Source: Blastocatellia bacterium (GTDB taxonomy: Bacteria > Acidobacteriota > Blastocatellia > UBA7656). Taken from it: a DNA stretch of 64,000 bases. Below the pieces are notes generated by a model that made no database searches, was not told where the DNA came from, and saw only the letters and a list, made by a program, of their open reading frames with translations. The position numbers were made by a program, and so were the translations under genes. Below, one piece after another: positions 39,083 to 50,310 of the stretch (the stretch's first letter is position 1; every line of letters starts with the position of its first letter). The stretch lies in contig CAVXWP010000008.1 in assembly GCA_963765495.1 (NCBI GenBank), positions 480,001-544,000 on the forward strand. The letters are read 5' to 3'.

Positions 39083-40612
39083 TCAAACAACGGCAATAAG
39101 TTCGCGCAGCGATAGGTCGGATTCGAGGTTGCGGAGCTTTGCGAATGCGGCAGCCTCGATCTGTCTTACGCGTTCTCTGGTTACAGACAAATCCTGGCCA
39201 ATCTCTTCCAGTGTCCGAGGCTCGGTCCCCGCATCCAATCCGAAATGCATTCGCAGGATTTTTGCTTCACGCGGTGTGAGCCGTGCAAGCGCTCGTTGTA
39301 TGGCATCTCTTCGGGATCGATCAACCGCGGAAAGGAAGGGGTTGGCGCTATTTCCGTCATCAATGAAGTTGACGGCTGTTTCCCCGTTATCGTTGGCCGC
39401 GACATCGAGCGGGATCGTATGGTGCGCATAGCCACGCGCTTCCTTAACTCTCTCAGCCTCAATATCGAGCCGTTCTGCGATCTCTACATTCGAAGGCTCC
39501 GATGCATTCTCGTCGCTCAGCGCGCGAGCAACCCGACCAACTCTGTTTATCAGGGTCAACTCGGAGGCGGGAAGCCTTACAACCCTGCTTTGTGTGTCGA
39601 GCGCACGAGCCATTGATTGTCTGATCCACCACATAGCGTAAGTGGAAAATCGAAATCCCCGTCGCCAGTCGAATTTCTCTACGGCGCGCATCAAGCCTAC
39701 GTTACCCTCCTGAATGAGGTCGAGGAAAGGCAAACCTCGGCCGGAAAACTGGCGAGCTACGGAGATCACAAGGCGCAGGTTAGAGACCGTCATGCGTTGT
39801 TTTGCCGCGTAGAGCGCCGCTGCTTCCCTCTTCACAAACCTGGCTAATTTATCAAGCCCTGCGGGCGTGGCCAATCGCTTATCAATGACTCTCTTGAGCG
39901 CGGCTTTGAGCTCGAAACCTTCAAGGTCGGCCTCAACCATGTCTACGGAATCGGTCGCCTCGCCTTCACGCGAAGCAAGTATCGCAGCCCGCTCAAGAAG
40001 CAAAGCCAGGCGGCGTTCGGTGGCTGGTGTAAAGGTGATCACTTTGAGGGCACGTGAAAGAAGTACCCTCGATCTCGATTGACTTTCGATGCTAGGTTTT
40101 TGATTCCGCGCTCTTCTAACAGATTTGCTTTGTCTTAAAGGACCAGTGGTTCGGGCAGAAAGAGAATTTTGGAATGCGGCAGCTACTAATTCAAGCGCCT
40201 TCAAAGCCTTTTCAGAAAGAGAGGCATCGAGGTCGGATGCAACATCTTCTGAAATACTTTCTACTATCTCAGCAATATTCTCTCCCTTTAAGAGAAGCGA
40301 ATCTTTGAGATGGAGCGAAAATTCAGCCACTATAGGCGAATGCGACAACAGCCGCATTAACCGCCCGCGTGCTCTTTCTATCTTCTTTGCTGCCTCGATC
40401 TCCCCGGACGCGTCAAGCATCGGGGCGCGGCTCGCCTCCCTCAAATAAAGTTTTAGCAGGTCCGTCTTATCAATCTCTTCTGCCTTTTGAGTCTCTTTCT
40501 CTTCGAGAAACTCATCTTCCTGCTCAAAAAAATCGGATCCTCCAAGGTGGGAATGAGCATCATCATACTGATTCTGGTCTCTTGCTGTCATAGCTCGTGG
40601 GTCCTCCGGCAC
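39083..40612 (-). CDS. RpoD/SigA-family sigma-70 paralog
   Basis: LKLYLREA (region 1.2), [51 protein letters not shown]...[10 protein letters not shown]. Confidence 0.92.
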   Translation of the reverse strand: MPEDPRAMTARDQNQYDDAHSHLGGSDFFEQEDEFLEEKETQKAEEIDKTDLLKLYLREASRAPMLDASGEIEAAKKIERARGRLMRLLSHSPIVAEFSLHLKDSLLLKGENIAEIVESISEDVASDLDASLSEKALKALELVAAAFQNSLSARTTGPLRQSKSVRRARNQKPSIESQSRSRVLLSRALKVITFTPATERRLALLLERAAILASREGEATDSVDMVEADLEGFELKAALKRVIDKRLATPAGLDKLARFVKREAAALYAAKQRMTVSNLRLVISVARQFSGRGLPFLDLIQEGNVGLMRAVEKFDWRRGFRFSTYAMWWIRQSMARALDTQSRVVRLPASELTLINRVGRVARALSDENASEPSNVEIAERLDIEAERVKEARGYAHHTIPLDVAANDNGETAVNFIDDGNSANPFLSAVDRSRRDAIQRALARLTPREAKILRMHFGLDAGTEPRTLEEIGQDLSVTRERVRQIEAAAFAKLRNLESDLSLRELIAVV

Positions 40613-40817
40613 CCCTTCATAGTTCCAATCAACCTGAAAGAACTCTTTATTCCCAGTGCCCCAACAATAGCTCAGAATTTATTCTACCAAATCGCTCAAA
40701 ACGTGCAAAATTAAAAATATTAATGCTGGAGGGTCTGTCTCGCTAATATCTCGATACAATTATACAAGACAAAAACGAGCAAAACGCTCAACACTCCGTC
40801 TGTTTTTTATTGAGGAA

Positions 40818-42263
40818 ATGAAGCGGGACCGTATAGAATTAATATTGATGCTAAGAGACAGGCCATTTCCCCGCTTTGTTCATCGTGTTTACATTCTATG
40901 GACGCTGGTTGGCTTCGCCTTTTTGATTTACCTCGAATCGCGTGGGTGGATAGGAGAGGCCGGAGAGGAGAAGTCAAAGGTTCTGAGGAGACAGGCAGTC
41001 AGGTTGCGAAACAGGCTGATCAGGCTTGGGCCGACGTTTATAAAAATGGGCCAGATGCTTGCTACACGGGCTGATCTTTTGCCGCTTGAATACGTGCAGG
41101 AATTGAGCGCGCTACAGGATAATGTGCCGCCCTTTTCCGATTCACAGGCGATGGCAGTGATCGAGATGGAAACGGGGCGGCCTATAGGAGAGATGTTTTC
41201 AGATATTGGAAGCAAGCCGATTGCATCGGCGAGTCTGGGCCAGGTCTACGCTGCGAGTCTATTCTCGGGTGAGAGGGTAGCGGTCAAGGTTCAGCGCCCG
41301 AACCTTGAGAGCATAGTGGCACAGGATATCGAGGCGCTCACCTGGCTTGGGCGGCTGGCAGACCGCTTTCCAGGGCTCTTTCCGGGCGCGGAATGGCTTG
41401 GGGCGATAAACGAATTTGACCGAGTGATTCATGAGGAGATGGATTACCGGCGCGAAGCGGAGAACCTTGAGCGATTCAAGGATAATTTCAGGGAATGGAA
41501 ATCAATCTTTGTACCACGCACGTTTAAGGAGTTTTCCAGCAAGCGGGTTCTGGTAATGGAATTCGTGAGCGGGACTCGAATCAATGACTTGCCCCGACTT
41601 GGGGCGAGCGGGCATAGCGCCCGACATTTAAACGAGCTGCTATACCGGGCATATTTCAAGCAGTTGCTCGAAGACGGCTTTTTTCACGCCGATCCTCACC
41701 CCGGGAATCTGCTTGTGATGGAGGATGGGCGTTTAGCCTTCCTCGATTTTGGGATGGTTGGAACCCTTTCTGCCGAGTTGCAGAGACAGATGATCGATGT
41801 ATTTTTTCATCTTTACTCACGAAACATCAATGCGCTTGTAGACGACCTGGTCGGGCTCGGTTTTCTAAAACCGGAGGCAGACATGGTTTCCTTCCGCACC
41901 GTCGTGGCCAATGTCTTCGCTCGCAAACTGAACCTGCCTTTGAGGGAGGTGAGAATCCGAGACCTTACCTATGATCTGGCCCCGATCATGTATGAGTACC
42001 CGATCACGACCCCTGCACGTTTCACATTTTTAATTCGCGCGATAATGACGTTAGAAGGCGTCAGCATAGTGATGAACCCCGATTTCGTCTTCTTTGAGGT
42101 TGCAGGCCCTTATGTTCGGGATTTCCTCTTCAAACGCGAGTCGGCAAGGTTAAGGCAGATGGCATTTGACTCATTGAAGGATGCGCAAACCGGGCGGTTT
42201 GAGTGGGACCGCCTCTGGACGATGGCGAAGATGGTTTTCTCGCTCGCGGTCGGACGAATTTGA
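40818..42263 (+). CDS. ABC1/AarF/UbiB family atypical kinase
   Basis: LGPTFIKMGQ, LQD, ASASLGQV, VAVKVQRP, FFHADPHPGN, LDFGM. Confidence 0.93.
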   Translation: MKRDRIELILMLRDRPFPRFVHRVYILWTLVGFAFLIYLESRGWIGEAGEEKSKVLRRQAVRLRNRLIRLGPTFIKMGQMLATRADLLPLEYVQELSALQDNVPPFSDSQAMAVIEMETGRPIGEMFSDIGSKPIASASLGQVYAASLFSGERVAVKVQRPNLESIVAQDIEALTWLGRLADRFPGLFPGAEWLGAINEFDRVIHEEMDYRREAENLERFKDNFREWKSIFVPRTFKEFSSKRVLVMEFVSGTRINDLPRLGASGHSARHLNELLYRAYFKQLLEDGFFHADPHPGNLLVMEDGRLAFLDFGMVGTLSAELQRQMIDVFFHLYSRNINALVDDLVGLGFLKPEADMVSFRTVVANVFARKLNLPLREVRIRDLTYDLAPIMYEYPITTPARFTFLIRAIMTLEGVSIVMNPDFVFFEVAGPYVRDFLFKRESARLRQMAFDSLKDAQTGRFEWDRLWTMAKMVFSLAVGRI

Positions 42264-42331
42264 GCGGAGACCGCTAGCACGTAGTTACATATCTCTGGAA
42301 TCGACTGCGATTGGTTTTCGACCGCCGGAAA

Positions 42332-43309
42332 TTATGATGCGGTGGGTTGGGAGCCCCAGAGCGCAGCCTGTAGTTCGTCAGCCAGTTCCGTAGCGCTATG
42401 TTGACGTTGCTTTGGATCTTTCTTTATTGCGCGGAGCACAACATTTGAGATGGCTTCGGGTATGCTGCTATTCACCTGATTGGGAGGCTTTGGCTGCTCG
42501 ATTACGTGCTTTACCATAACCTGCTGGTAATTCGGCGCTATGAATGGCACCTTCCCGGTCAGCATTTCATAAAGCATGATGCCAAGAGAATAAATGTCTG
42601 AATGGTAATCAATCTGCATCTGACTGCATTGTTCGGGAGACATGTAACTTGGAGTTCCCAGTACCGTTCCTGCAACGGTCAACCCCTGGCGATCTTTTAG
42701 CTTGGCTATGCCGAAATCGAAGACTCGCGCGGTCTCCCTGCCGTCAATTATATCGATCATCACATTTTCAGGTTTGAGGTCGCGGTGGATGATTTCGGCC
42801 TTATGGGCAACCGCGACTCCTGCGCATATCTGCGATCCAAGGTCCACGGCTCGAATCGGTGTAAGAGGGCCTTCTTTATCGAGCAGACCGCGCAGGGGAA
42901 CTCCCTCAATGTATTCCATTACCATGAAGAGGAGCCCGTCGGCGGTCTGCCCAAAATCATTTACCGGCACGATGTTGGGATGCCTTATTCTACCCGATGC
43001 CTCCGCTTCCTGTTTGAATCGCTCAGGCAGCGAGGGGTCAGCATCCGATTCAAGCATCAGAATTTTGACAGCCACCGGCTTGTTGATAAACGTATGGCGA
43101 GCCGCATATACGCCACCCATCCCACCTCGACCGATCAAACGTTCAAGCCTGTACTTATTCTCAAGCAATACTCCAACAAGCGGATCACTCTCTTTTGGAG
43201 GAGCCTCCGGCTGAACGACCGACCCGATCACTTCAAGTTGTCCGCCATCCCTGCGGCAAAACCTGGCTGAATCCTCGTATTCCTGATTGCACTTTGGACA
43301 TCGTTTCAT
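42332..43309 (-). CDS. Soluble Hanks-type Ser/Thr kinase with an N-terminal zinc ribbon
   Basis: CPKC...FCRRDG, GRGGMG, VAVK, HRDLKPEN, DFG, GTPSYMSPEQ. Confidence 0.93.
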   Translation of the reverse strand: MKRCPKCNQEYEDSARFCRRDGGQLEVIGSVVQPEAPPKESDPLVGVLLENKYRLERLIGRGGMGGVYAARHTFINKPVAVKILMLESDADPSLPERFKQEAEASGRIRHPNIVPVNDFGQTADGLLFMVMEYIEGVPLRGLLDKEGPLTPIRAVDLGSQICAGVAVAHKAEIIHRDLKPENVMIDIIDGRETARVFDFGIAKLKDRQGLTVAGTVLGTPSYMSPEQCSQMQIDYHSDIYSLGIMLYEMLTGKVPFIAPNYQQVMVKHVIEQPKPPNQVNSSIPEAISNVVLRAIKKDPKQRQHSATELADELQAALWGSQPTAS

Positions 43310-43703
43310 AAAAAACTCTTTCGATTCGCGCTTTTTAGCCTCTGGCGGAATCCATCCGTTAAGCGAGAGGCTCGATAATCAGGGCCTGTTCTTAGAGTAA
43401 CTCGAAGAGGAGCTGACGAGGGCAATTTAATGCAACTGAAAAAGACAAGTCAAGCCGAATGCCGGATGAGCCGGGAGACATTTCAACTCGCCATCCTATC
43501 AAGCTCAGGAAAGGTGATATACGATACAATTTAAATCTTCCGGTTCGCGGGGCGGGTAGCAAGTGGCAATATTGCAAATCCCTGCGCACAACCGACACAT
43601 CCGGCGTCTGATCTAAGATTCATTTGCAGGCGGATATTCTCCCTACCGCACGTGAGGCGGCCCCGAGGAGGCTTTAGCCCTATTCAAACGATTCAGAGCC
43701 TAT

Positions 43704-43718
43704 TGGCATAGTTATTGC
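43704..43718 (+). promoter_or_regulatory. Sigma-54 (-24/-12) promoter
   Basis: TGGCATAGTTATTGC has GG-N10-GC spacing, about 70 bp upstream of ATG 43790. Confidence 0.75.
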
Positions 43719-43789
43719 ACAAATATTGTAAACAGGGAGTTTTAGAGTGCCTTCGATCATATCCGACCTCAATGAAAGGAGAGATAACG

Positions 43790-45544
43790 ATGGCTAGAAC
43801 CGTAGCCGAAATCTTAATCGACAGGTTAATAGAATGGGGAGTGGATACAATCTTCGGGCTACCTGGAGATGGTATAAACGGGCTATTCGAAGCTCTGCGA
43901 ACCAATAGCGAGAAGCTGAGATTAATTCAGGTGCGCCACGAGGAAGCGGCTGCATTTGCTGCCTGTGGGTATGCCAAGTATTCGGGCAGGCTGGGTGTGT
44001 GCATGGCTACGTCAGGTCCCGGCGGGATACATTTATTGAATGGACTTTATGACGCGAAGTTGGATGGACAGCCTGTGCTTGCCATTACCGGCCACACGTT
44101 TCACGATCTGATTGGGACGCACTTTCAGCAGGACGTGGATCTTGACAAATTATTCATGGATGTGGCCGCATACAACGAGCGCGTAATGGGACCGGCCCAC
44201 GTCAATAATGTTGTGGACGAAGCGATAAAGACCGCGCTCTCGCAGAGGACTGTCGCCCACATCACTATCCCAAAAGATATACAGGATTGGAACGATTCAG
44301 ACGCCGAACGAACGAGCATGAATATCTCGAAGCACAGCGGGGATATATTTTCCGCGGCACATCCGCTGCCTCCTCCCGAACAGCTTGAGCAGGCAGCGGC
44401 CGTAATAAACAGAGGTTCAAAGGTAGCGATTCTTGCGGGAGCCGGGGCTCTGAGCGCGAGAGAGCAGGTGACGGAACTCGCCGAAAAAGTCGGAGGAGTT
44501 ATCATCAAGGCGCTCCTGGGCAAGGCCGTGGTCCCTGATGACAGCCCTTACACTACAGGAGGGCTTGGACTGCTTGGGACAGGTCCATCGACCGATGCGA
44601 TGTCCGGCTGTGATACGTTGATCATTGTCGGCAGCAGTTTTCCTTATATCGAATTCTATCCCAAACCTGGGAAGGCAAAGGCCGTGCAGATCGATATTGA
44701 TCCGGCGAGGCTCGGGTTGAGGTATCCAATCGAAGTTGGGCTTGTAGGCGACTGCATGGTTGTCTTGAGGGCGTTACTTCCTTTGATCGAGCGCAAGGAG
44801 GATCGAAGTTTTCTCAAAGAAGCGCAGAAGAATATGAACGACTGGAACGAGTTGATGGACGTGCGAGGAAGCCGTATGGACAGCCCCATGAAACCGCAGG
44901 TGGTCGTACATCGGCTAAATAGATTTCTGGATGATGACGCCATTATCGTGAGCGACACGGGAACAGTGACTACCTGGGCTGCGCGCCACATCAAGTTGCG
45001 AAAGAACATGCAGTTTTCGGCGTCCGGGACACTGGCGACCATGGCAAACGGGCTTCCGTATGCGATAGGTGCAGCCGTTGCCTTTCCTGATCGGCAGGTC
45101 GTCGCCCTAGTAGGGGACGGCGGGTTCACCATGCTGATGGGAGAAGTGGCCACTCTGGTCAAGTACGGGCTCGCTGTAAAGATCATAATCATCAAGAACA
45201 ACACATTGGGACAGATCAAGTGGGAGCAGATCGTGCTCGAAGGCAACCCGCAATTCGGGGTCGATTTGCAGCCTATAGACTTTGCCGCATTCGCGAGGTC
45301 CTGCGGGGTCCTTGGGCTCACTCTCGATGATCCGAGCAAGACAGAAATGGTCCTGGAGGAAGCGATGAATCACGATGGGCCTGCGATTGTTGAAGCCGTC
45401 GTAGACGCAAACGAACCTCCGATGCCCGGCAAGATCACAACGAAGCAGGCGCTGAAATTCGTCGAAGCGCTGGCGAGAGGCGAGAAAGACAGGTTCGATA
45501 TAATCGAGACTGTGATTGAAGATCGGGTGAGAGAGGTTATTTGA
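43790..45544 (+). CDS. TPP-dependent pyruvate oxidase/dehydrogenase-like enzyme
   Basis: FGLPGDGIN, VRHEE, TSGPGGIHLLNGLYDA, GDGGF...NN. Start ATG 43790 after AAGGAG. Confidence 0.9.
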   Translation: MARTVAEILIDRLIEWGVDTIFGLPGDGINGLFEALRTNSEKLRLIQVRHEEAAAFAACGYAKYSGRLGVCMATSGPGGIHLLNGLYDAKLDGQPVLAITGHTFHDLIGTHFQQDVDLDKLFMDVAAYNERVMGPAHVNNVVDEAIKTALSQRTVAHITIPKDIQDWNDSDAERTSMNISKHSGDIFSAAHPLPPPEQLEQAAAVINRGSKVAILAGAGALSAREQVTELAEKVGGVIIKALLGKAVVPDDSPYTTGGLGLLGTGPSTDAMSGCDTLIIVGSSFPYIEFYPKPGKAKAVQIDIDPARLGLRYPIEVGLVGDCMVVLRALLPLIERKEDRSFLKEAQKNMNDWNELMDVRGSRMDSPMKPQVVVHRLNRFLDDDAIIVSDTGTVTTWAARHIKLRKNMQFSASGTLATMANGLPYAIGAAVAFPDRQVVALVGDGGFTMLMGEVATLVKYGLAVKIIIIKNNTLGQIKWEQIVLEGNPQFGVDLQPIDFAAFARSCGVLGLTLDDPSKTEMVLEEAMNHDGPAIVEAVVDANEPPMPGKITTKQALKFVEALARGEKDRFDIIETVIEDRVREVI

Positions 45545-45559
45545 GAGTGAGCAGGAAAG

Positions 45560-46672
45560 ATGAACAGCAAGAATGAGGAAGCAATTTCGATAGAGAGGAT
45601 AGATGTTTCGGCTTATAGAGTGCCTACCGATTTACCTGAATCTGACGGCACATTAGAGTGGGATTCCACCACAATCGTCATCGTAGAGGCGAGCGCAGCC
45701 GGTGCTACAGGGATCGGTTACACCTATTCAAGCACATCTGCAGCAAAGTTGATAAAAGATAAGCTTGGCCGGGTTGTCGAGGGGCAGAATGCTATGAACG
45801 TGCCGGAAGCCTGGCAAGCTATGGTGCATTCCATTCGAAACCTTGGGCGGCCCGGGATCGCATCAACGGCAATCGCGGCGCTTGACATCGCGCTCTGGGA
45901 TTTGAAGGCTCACCTGCTCGGAGTGCCTCTCTCCACTCTCTTCGGGAGTGCGCGTAAAAATATCCCAGTATATGGGAGCGGCGGTTTTACATCGTACACG
46001 ATAGAGCAACTTCAGAAACAACTGAGTGGCTGGGTCGAGCAAGGGATTCCTCGCGTAAAGATGAAAGTAGGGCGCGAACCCGAAAAGGACCTCAGACGTG
46101 TGCGGGCTGCGCGAGAAGCAATCGGGCCGGATGCTCAGTTATTCGTAGATGCAAACGGTGCGTACAGTCGCAAGCAGGCGCTCGCATTTGCGGATGTCTT
46201 TTCAGATTTTGGCGTCACCTGGTTTGAAGAGCCCGTCTCATCGGATGACCTTGAAGGGTTAAGGCTTATACGTGACCGCGCGCCCTCGGGGATAGATATA
46301 ACAGCGGGCGAATATGGGTATGACCTGTTCTACTTTCAGAGGATGCTCGATGCCGGGGCGGTTGATGTATTACAGGCCGACGTTACCAGATGCGCGGGTA
46401 TGACGGAATTTCTTCGCGTAGGAGCCCTATGCCAGGCTCAACCAGTTCCGCTTTCCGCGCATACCGCGCCGACCTTGCATGTTCATGTTTGCTCATCGCT
46501 TCCAGTAGTCCGCCATCTTGAATACTTCCACGATCATGTTCGAATCGAAAGGATATTCTTCAACGGAGCACCTGAGCCGCGAAACGGCGTATTGCAACCG
46601 AACCTTACAAGGCCGGGAATGGGGCTTGAGTTAAGGAGAGCAGATGTCGAACAGTACAGAGCCAGTATTTAA
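45560..46672 (+). CDS. Mandelate racemase/enolase superfamily protein
   Basis: DIALWDL, KMKVG, VDANG, WFEEP, AGEYG, RPGMG. Confidence 0.9.
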   Translation: MNSKNEEAISIERIDVSAYRVPTDLPESDGTLEWDSTTIVIVEASAAGATGIGYTYSSTSAAKLIKDKLGRVVEGQNAMNVPEAWQAMVHSIRNLGRPGIASTAIAALDIALWDLKAHLLGVPLSTLFGSARKNIPVYGSGGFTSYTIEQLQKQLSGWVEQGIPRVKMKVGREPEKDLRRVRAAREAIGPDAQLFVDANGAYSRKQALAFADVFSDFGVTWFEEPVSSDDLEGLRLIRDRAPSGIDITAGEYGYDLFYFQRMLDAGAVDVLQADVTRCAGMTEFLRVGALCQAQPVPLSAHTAPTLHVHVCSSLPVVRHLEYFHDHVRIERIFFNGAPEPRNGVLQPNLTRPGMGLELRRADVEQYRASI

Positions 46673-46690
46673 AAAGAAAGTAGAGCTATC

Positions 46691-47074
46691 ATGAAAAACA
46701 AGCCAATTGGGAAGACGCGATGGGCCATAGCCGAAGGTTATATTCCAGATTGGAGCAACGGCCCCGAACCGGAGATGATCAGTCACGAGGCGGTTTGTCT
46801 GCTAAACACATCCGACAACGAAGCGCACATAGAGATTACGATCTTTTACTCAGACCGAGACCCGGCAGGACCATACCGGGTGACGGTTCCGGGCAGACGG
46901 ACAAAACATATCCGCTTTAACGAAATGAAAAGCCCTGAGCCGATACCTCGCGGGACCGATTACGCCAGCCTGATCGAATCGGATGTCCCTATAGTTGTTC
47001 AGCATACACGACTCGATTCCAGGCAGGCCGAAAATGGCTTGATAAGCACAATCGCTTACCCCGATCAATCATAG
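46691..47074 (+). CDS. Anabaena sensory rhodopsin transducer (ASRT) family protein
   Basis: IGKTRWAIAEGYIP, SHEAVCLLN, RRTKHIRFN, SDVPIVVQHTRLDSRQ. Confidence 0.9.
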   Translation: MKNKPIGKTRWAIAEGYIPDWSNGPEPEMISHEAVCLLNTSDNEAHIEITIFYSDRDPAGPYRVTVPGRRTKHIRFNEMKSPEPIPRGTDYASLIESDVPIVVQHTRLDSRQAENGLISTIAYPDQS

Positions 47075-47101
47075 CTTGAAAACGGAAACGGAAGGCAGGA
47101 T

Positions 47102-50100
47102 ATGACCGCAATCAATGTAATGGATTTTCCCACGACCAATATTGCCTACGGTTCAGGCAATTTAAAAAGGACCGATGTAGAGGTTGAGGGACTTGAAGCA
47201 GAGTTGCGCAAGAGGCTGCGCGGCGAAGTCCGATTTGATAATGGAAGCCGGGCGTTATACTCAACCGACGCATCAAACTACAGACAAATCCCCATTGGCG
47301 TTGTGATACCACGTGACAGCCAGGATGTGAGTGAGGCCATCGCGGTGGCGCGCCGGTTTGGCGCACCAGTTCTTGCGCGAGGCGGGGGTACAAGTCTGGC
47401 CGGGCAGTGTTGCAACGTGGCCGTTATCCTCGATATGTCGAAGTACATGAACAGGGTTATCGAAGTGGATACTGGCAGGCGGATCGCAAGAGTGCAACCG
47501 GGCACAATTCTTGATGATCTGCGCGATGCGGCGGAAAGATATAAACTGACGTTCGGACCCGACCCGGCTACGCACAATCACTGCACGCTTGGAGGCATGC
47601 TTGGCAATGATTCTTGCGGGATTCACTCTATCCTCGCGGCATATCACAGCGACGGAGCACGAACGGCGGATCAGGTCGAAGAGCTTGAGATATTGACCTA
47701 TGACGGGCTGAAAATGCGTGTAGGCAAGACGAGCGACGAAGAGTATGAGAGGATTGTTTACGAGGGCGGGCGACGCGGTGAAATTTATAAAAGGCTTAAG
47801 AATCTACAAGACAAATATGCTCGCGAAATCCGCGAAAGATTCCCCGACATCCCTCGCAGGGTATCGGGCTATAACCTCCCCTACCTATTGCCGGAAAACG
47901 GTTTCAATATTGCCCGCTCTCTGGTTGGCAGCGAAGGCACTTGCGTAACTATCCTCGAAGCAACAGTGGGGCTCATTCCGAACCCCGCTGCCAGATCGCT
48001 CCTTGTCCTGGGCTATCCTGATGTATACACGGCGGGCGACCACGTTCCAGAGATAATGCAATACAGACCAATCGGGCTTGAAGGGATAGACCACAGGCTC
48101 GTGACATACATGGAGCGAAAAGGGTTGCACACGCAAGACATTACCATCCTCCCGGAGGGGGGCGGATGGTTGCTTGTTGAGTTCGGCGGCAACAGCAAGG
48201 ATGATGCGGATGAGAAGGCGCGGCGTTTGATGGCGGAACTCAGAAAGAAGAGTGACGCTCCTTCTATGAAGCTCTTCGACGACGAGGAGGAAGAGAGTAA
48301 GGTTTGGGAGGTTAGAGAATCAGGGCTTGGAGCTACGGCGCATGTTCCGGGTATGAGCAGCACCTGGCCGGGATGGGAAGACTCATCGGTTTCGCCGGAA
48401 AAGCTTGGGGGGTATCTACGCGACCTTCGCAAGCTGTTCAACCGGTATGGGTACGAATGCGCGTTATACGGCCATTTTGGGCAGGGATGTGTTCATGTGC
48501 GTATCGATTTCGATTTGCTGACCCGCGAGGGCATTGATCAATACCTGGCCTTTATAAATGATGCGGCAGAACTTGTGGTCTCTTACGGCGGATCGCTTTC
48601 AGGGGAGCACGGCGACGGGCAGGCAAGGGCTGCGTTGCTCCCCATAATGTACGGCGAGAGGTTGATGGAGGCCTTTCGTGAATTCAAATCTATATGGGAC
48701 CCGGAATGGAAGATGAATCCGGGCAAGATAATCGAAGCCTACGCGCCGGATCAGAACCTGAGGGTCGGCAGCGATTACAAGCCCCGCCACCCTTCGACTC
48801 ATTTTCACTTTCCCGACGACAACGGAGATTTCGCAAACTCCACACTGCGGTGCGTTGGGGTAGGCAAATGCAGGAGGCTTGATGGCGGCACCATGTGTCC
48901 AAGCTTCATGGCTACACGCGAAGAGGAGCATTCGACAAGGGGTCGCGCGCGGATGCTTTTCGAAATGCTCGAAGGCGATGTAATAGGCAAAGACGGCTGG
49001 CACGATGAGCATGTTAAAGAGGCGCTCGATCTATGTCTTGCCTGTAAAGGGTGCAAGAGTGATTGTCCTGTAAACGTAGATATGGCCACATACAAGGCCG
49101 AATTCCTTTCACATTATTATGAAGGACGACTCAGGCCTCGGTCCGCCTATGCATTCGGCTTGATCTACTGGTGGTCACGGGTGGCATCGATGATGCCCGG
49201 TATAGTTAACTTCTTTACGCAGACACCCGGTTTGAGTCTCGCGACCAAACTGTTTGCAGGAGTCGCAAAGGAGCGTCGGATACCTCGCTATGCCGGGCAA
49301 ACATTTAAGGAATGGTTCCGAAACCGCAAGTATCCTTTGAGGAATGGACCCAGAGCCATTCTATGGCCCGATACATTTAACAACCATTTCCACCCTGAAA
49401 CTGCGAAGGCCGCGGTCGAAGTTTTGGAGTCGGCGGGTTATCAGCTAATTGTACCCGAACGATCTCTTTGCTGTGGCCGCCCGCTATACGATTATGGATT
49501 TCTCGATCTTGCCCGAAAGATGCTTGAAGAGATTCTCGAGAGATTGCGCGACGAGATTCGGGCCGGGACTCCAATCATAGGGCTTGAGCCCAGTTGCGTG
49601 GCAGTCTTCCGCGATGAGCTTCCGAATCTTTTCCCCTTCGACGAAGATGCCGTCAGGCTCAAGGGCCAGGTATATCTCTTCAGTGAGTTCCTCCAGACGA
49701 CCAACGGGTATGAGATTCCCCGCCTTCATAAAAAGGCCATCGTCCACGGGCATTGTCACCACAAGGCGATAATGGGACTGGACGATGAAAGGAGTATCCT
49801 GGACAGACTGGAACTGGATTATGAGATTCTCGATTCCGGTTGCTGTGGGATGGCCGGGAGCTTTGGGTTTGAGGGAGGAGACCATTATGACGTTTCAATA
49901 AAGGCAGGCGAGCGAGTGCTGTTGCCCACGGTCAGAAAAGCTGCAAAAGAGACCCTCATCATAGCAGACGGTTTCAGTTGCAGAGCCCAGATTTCGCAGG
50001 CTACAAACCGTCACGCACTACACCTCGCGCAGGTCATCCAGATGGCGATCAGGGAGGGGCCGGATGGCTCTGCATCTGCATACCCCGAAGACGGCTACAT

Positions 50101-50221
50101 AACAGATTCAGATAATTCCATGCCCTCGACGATTCTACGTATAGCAACGGCCGCATGTGCAGGGATAGTTGCGGGCGGGGCTATCGGATGGTTGTTTATG
50201 AAAGCGTGTGGGAAGAGATGA
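47102..50221 (+). CDS. FAD-linked oxidase fused to 4Fe-4S and CCG domains (GlcD/GlcF-like)
   Basis: RGGGTSLAGQ, GEHGDG, CVGVGKC, CLACKGCKSDCP, CCG motifs, HGHCH. Confidence 0.9.
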   Translation: MTAINVMDFPTTNIAYGSGNLKRTDVEVEGLEAELRKRLRGEVRFDNGSRALYSTDASNYRQIPIGVVIPRDSQDVSEAIAVARRFGAPVLARGGGTSLAGQCCNVAVILDMSKYMNRVIEVDTGRRIARVQPGTILDDLRDAAERYKLTFGPDPATHNHCTLGGMLGNDSCGIHSILAAYHSDGARTADQVEELEILTYDGLKMRVGKTSDEEYERIVYEGGRRGEIYKRLKNLQDKYAREIRERFPDIPRRVSGYNLPYLLPENGFNIARSLVGSEGTCVTILEATVGLIPNPAARSLLVLGYPDVYTAGDHVPEIMQYRPIGLEGIDHRLVTYMERKGLHTQDITILPEGGGWLLVEFGGNSKDDADEKARRLMAELRKKSDAPSMKLFDDEEEESKVWEVRESGLGATAHVPGMSSTWPGWEDSSVSPEKLGGYLRDLRKLFNRYGYECALYGHFGQGCVHVRIDFDLLTREGIDQYLAFINDAAELVVSYGGSLSGEHGDGQARAALLPIMYGERLMEAFREFKSIWDPEWKMNPGKIIEAYAPDQNLRVGSDYKPRHPSTHFHFPDDNGDFANSTLRCVGVGKCRRLDGGTMCPSFMATREEEHSTRGRARMLFEMLEGDVIGKDGWHDEHVKEALDLCLACKGCKSDCPVNVDMATYKAEFLSHYYEGRLRPRSAYAFGLIYWWSRVASMMPGIVNFFTQTPGLSLATKLFAGVAKERRIPRYAGQTFKEWFRNRKYPLRNGPRAILWPDTFNNHFHPETAKAAVEVLESAGYQLIVPERSLCCGRPLYDYGFLDLARKMLEEILERLRDEIRAGTPIIGLEPSCVAVFRDELPNLFPFDEDAVRLKGQVYLFSEFLQTTNGYEIPRLHKKAIVHGHCHHKAIMGLDDERSILDRLELDYEILDSGCCGMAGSFGFEGGDHYDVSIKAGERVLLPTVRKAAKETLIIADGFSCRAQISQATNRHALHLAQVIQMAIREGPDGSASAYPEDGYITDSDNSMPSTILRIATAACAGIVAGGAIGWLFMKACGKR

Positions 50222-50310
50222 TTTTTTTGACTGGCTTAACAAGATTTACGGGATTTCCCCAATCATTTTTGAATCCTCTAATACTAAATCTTTTCAGATG
50301 AGGCCGATGA

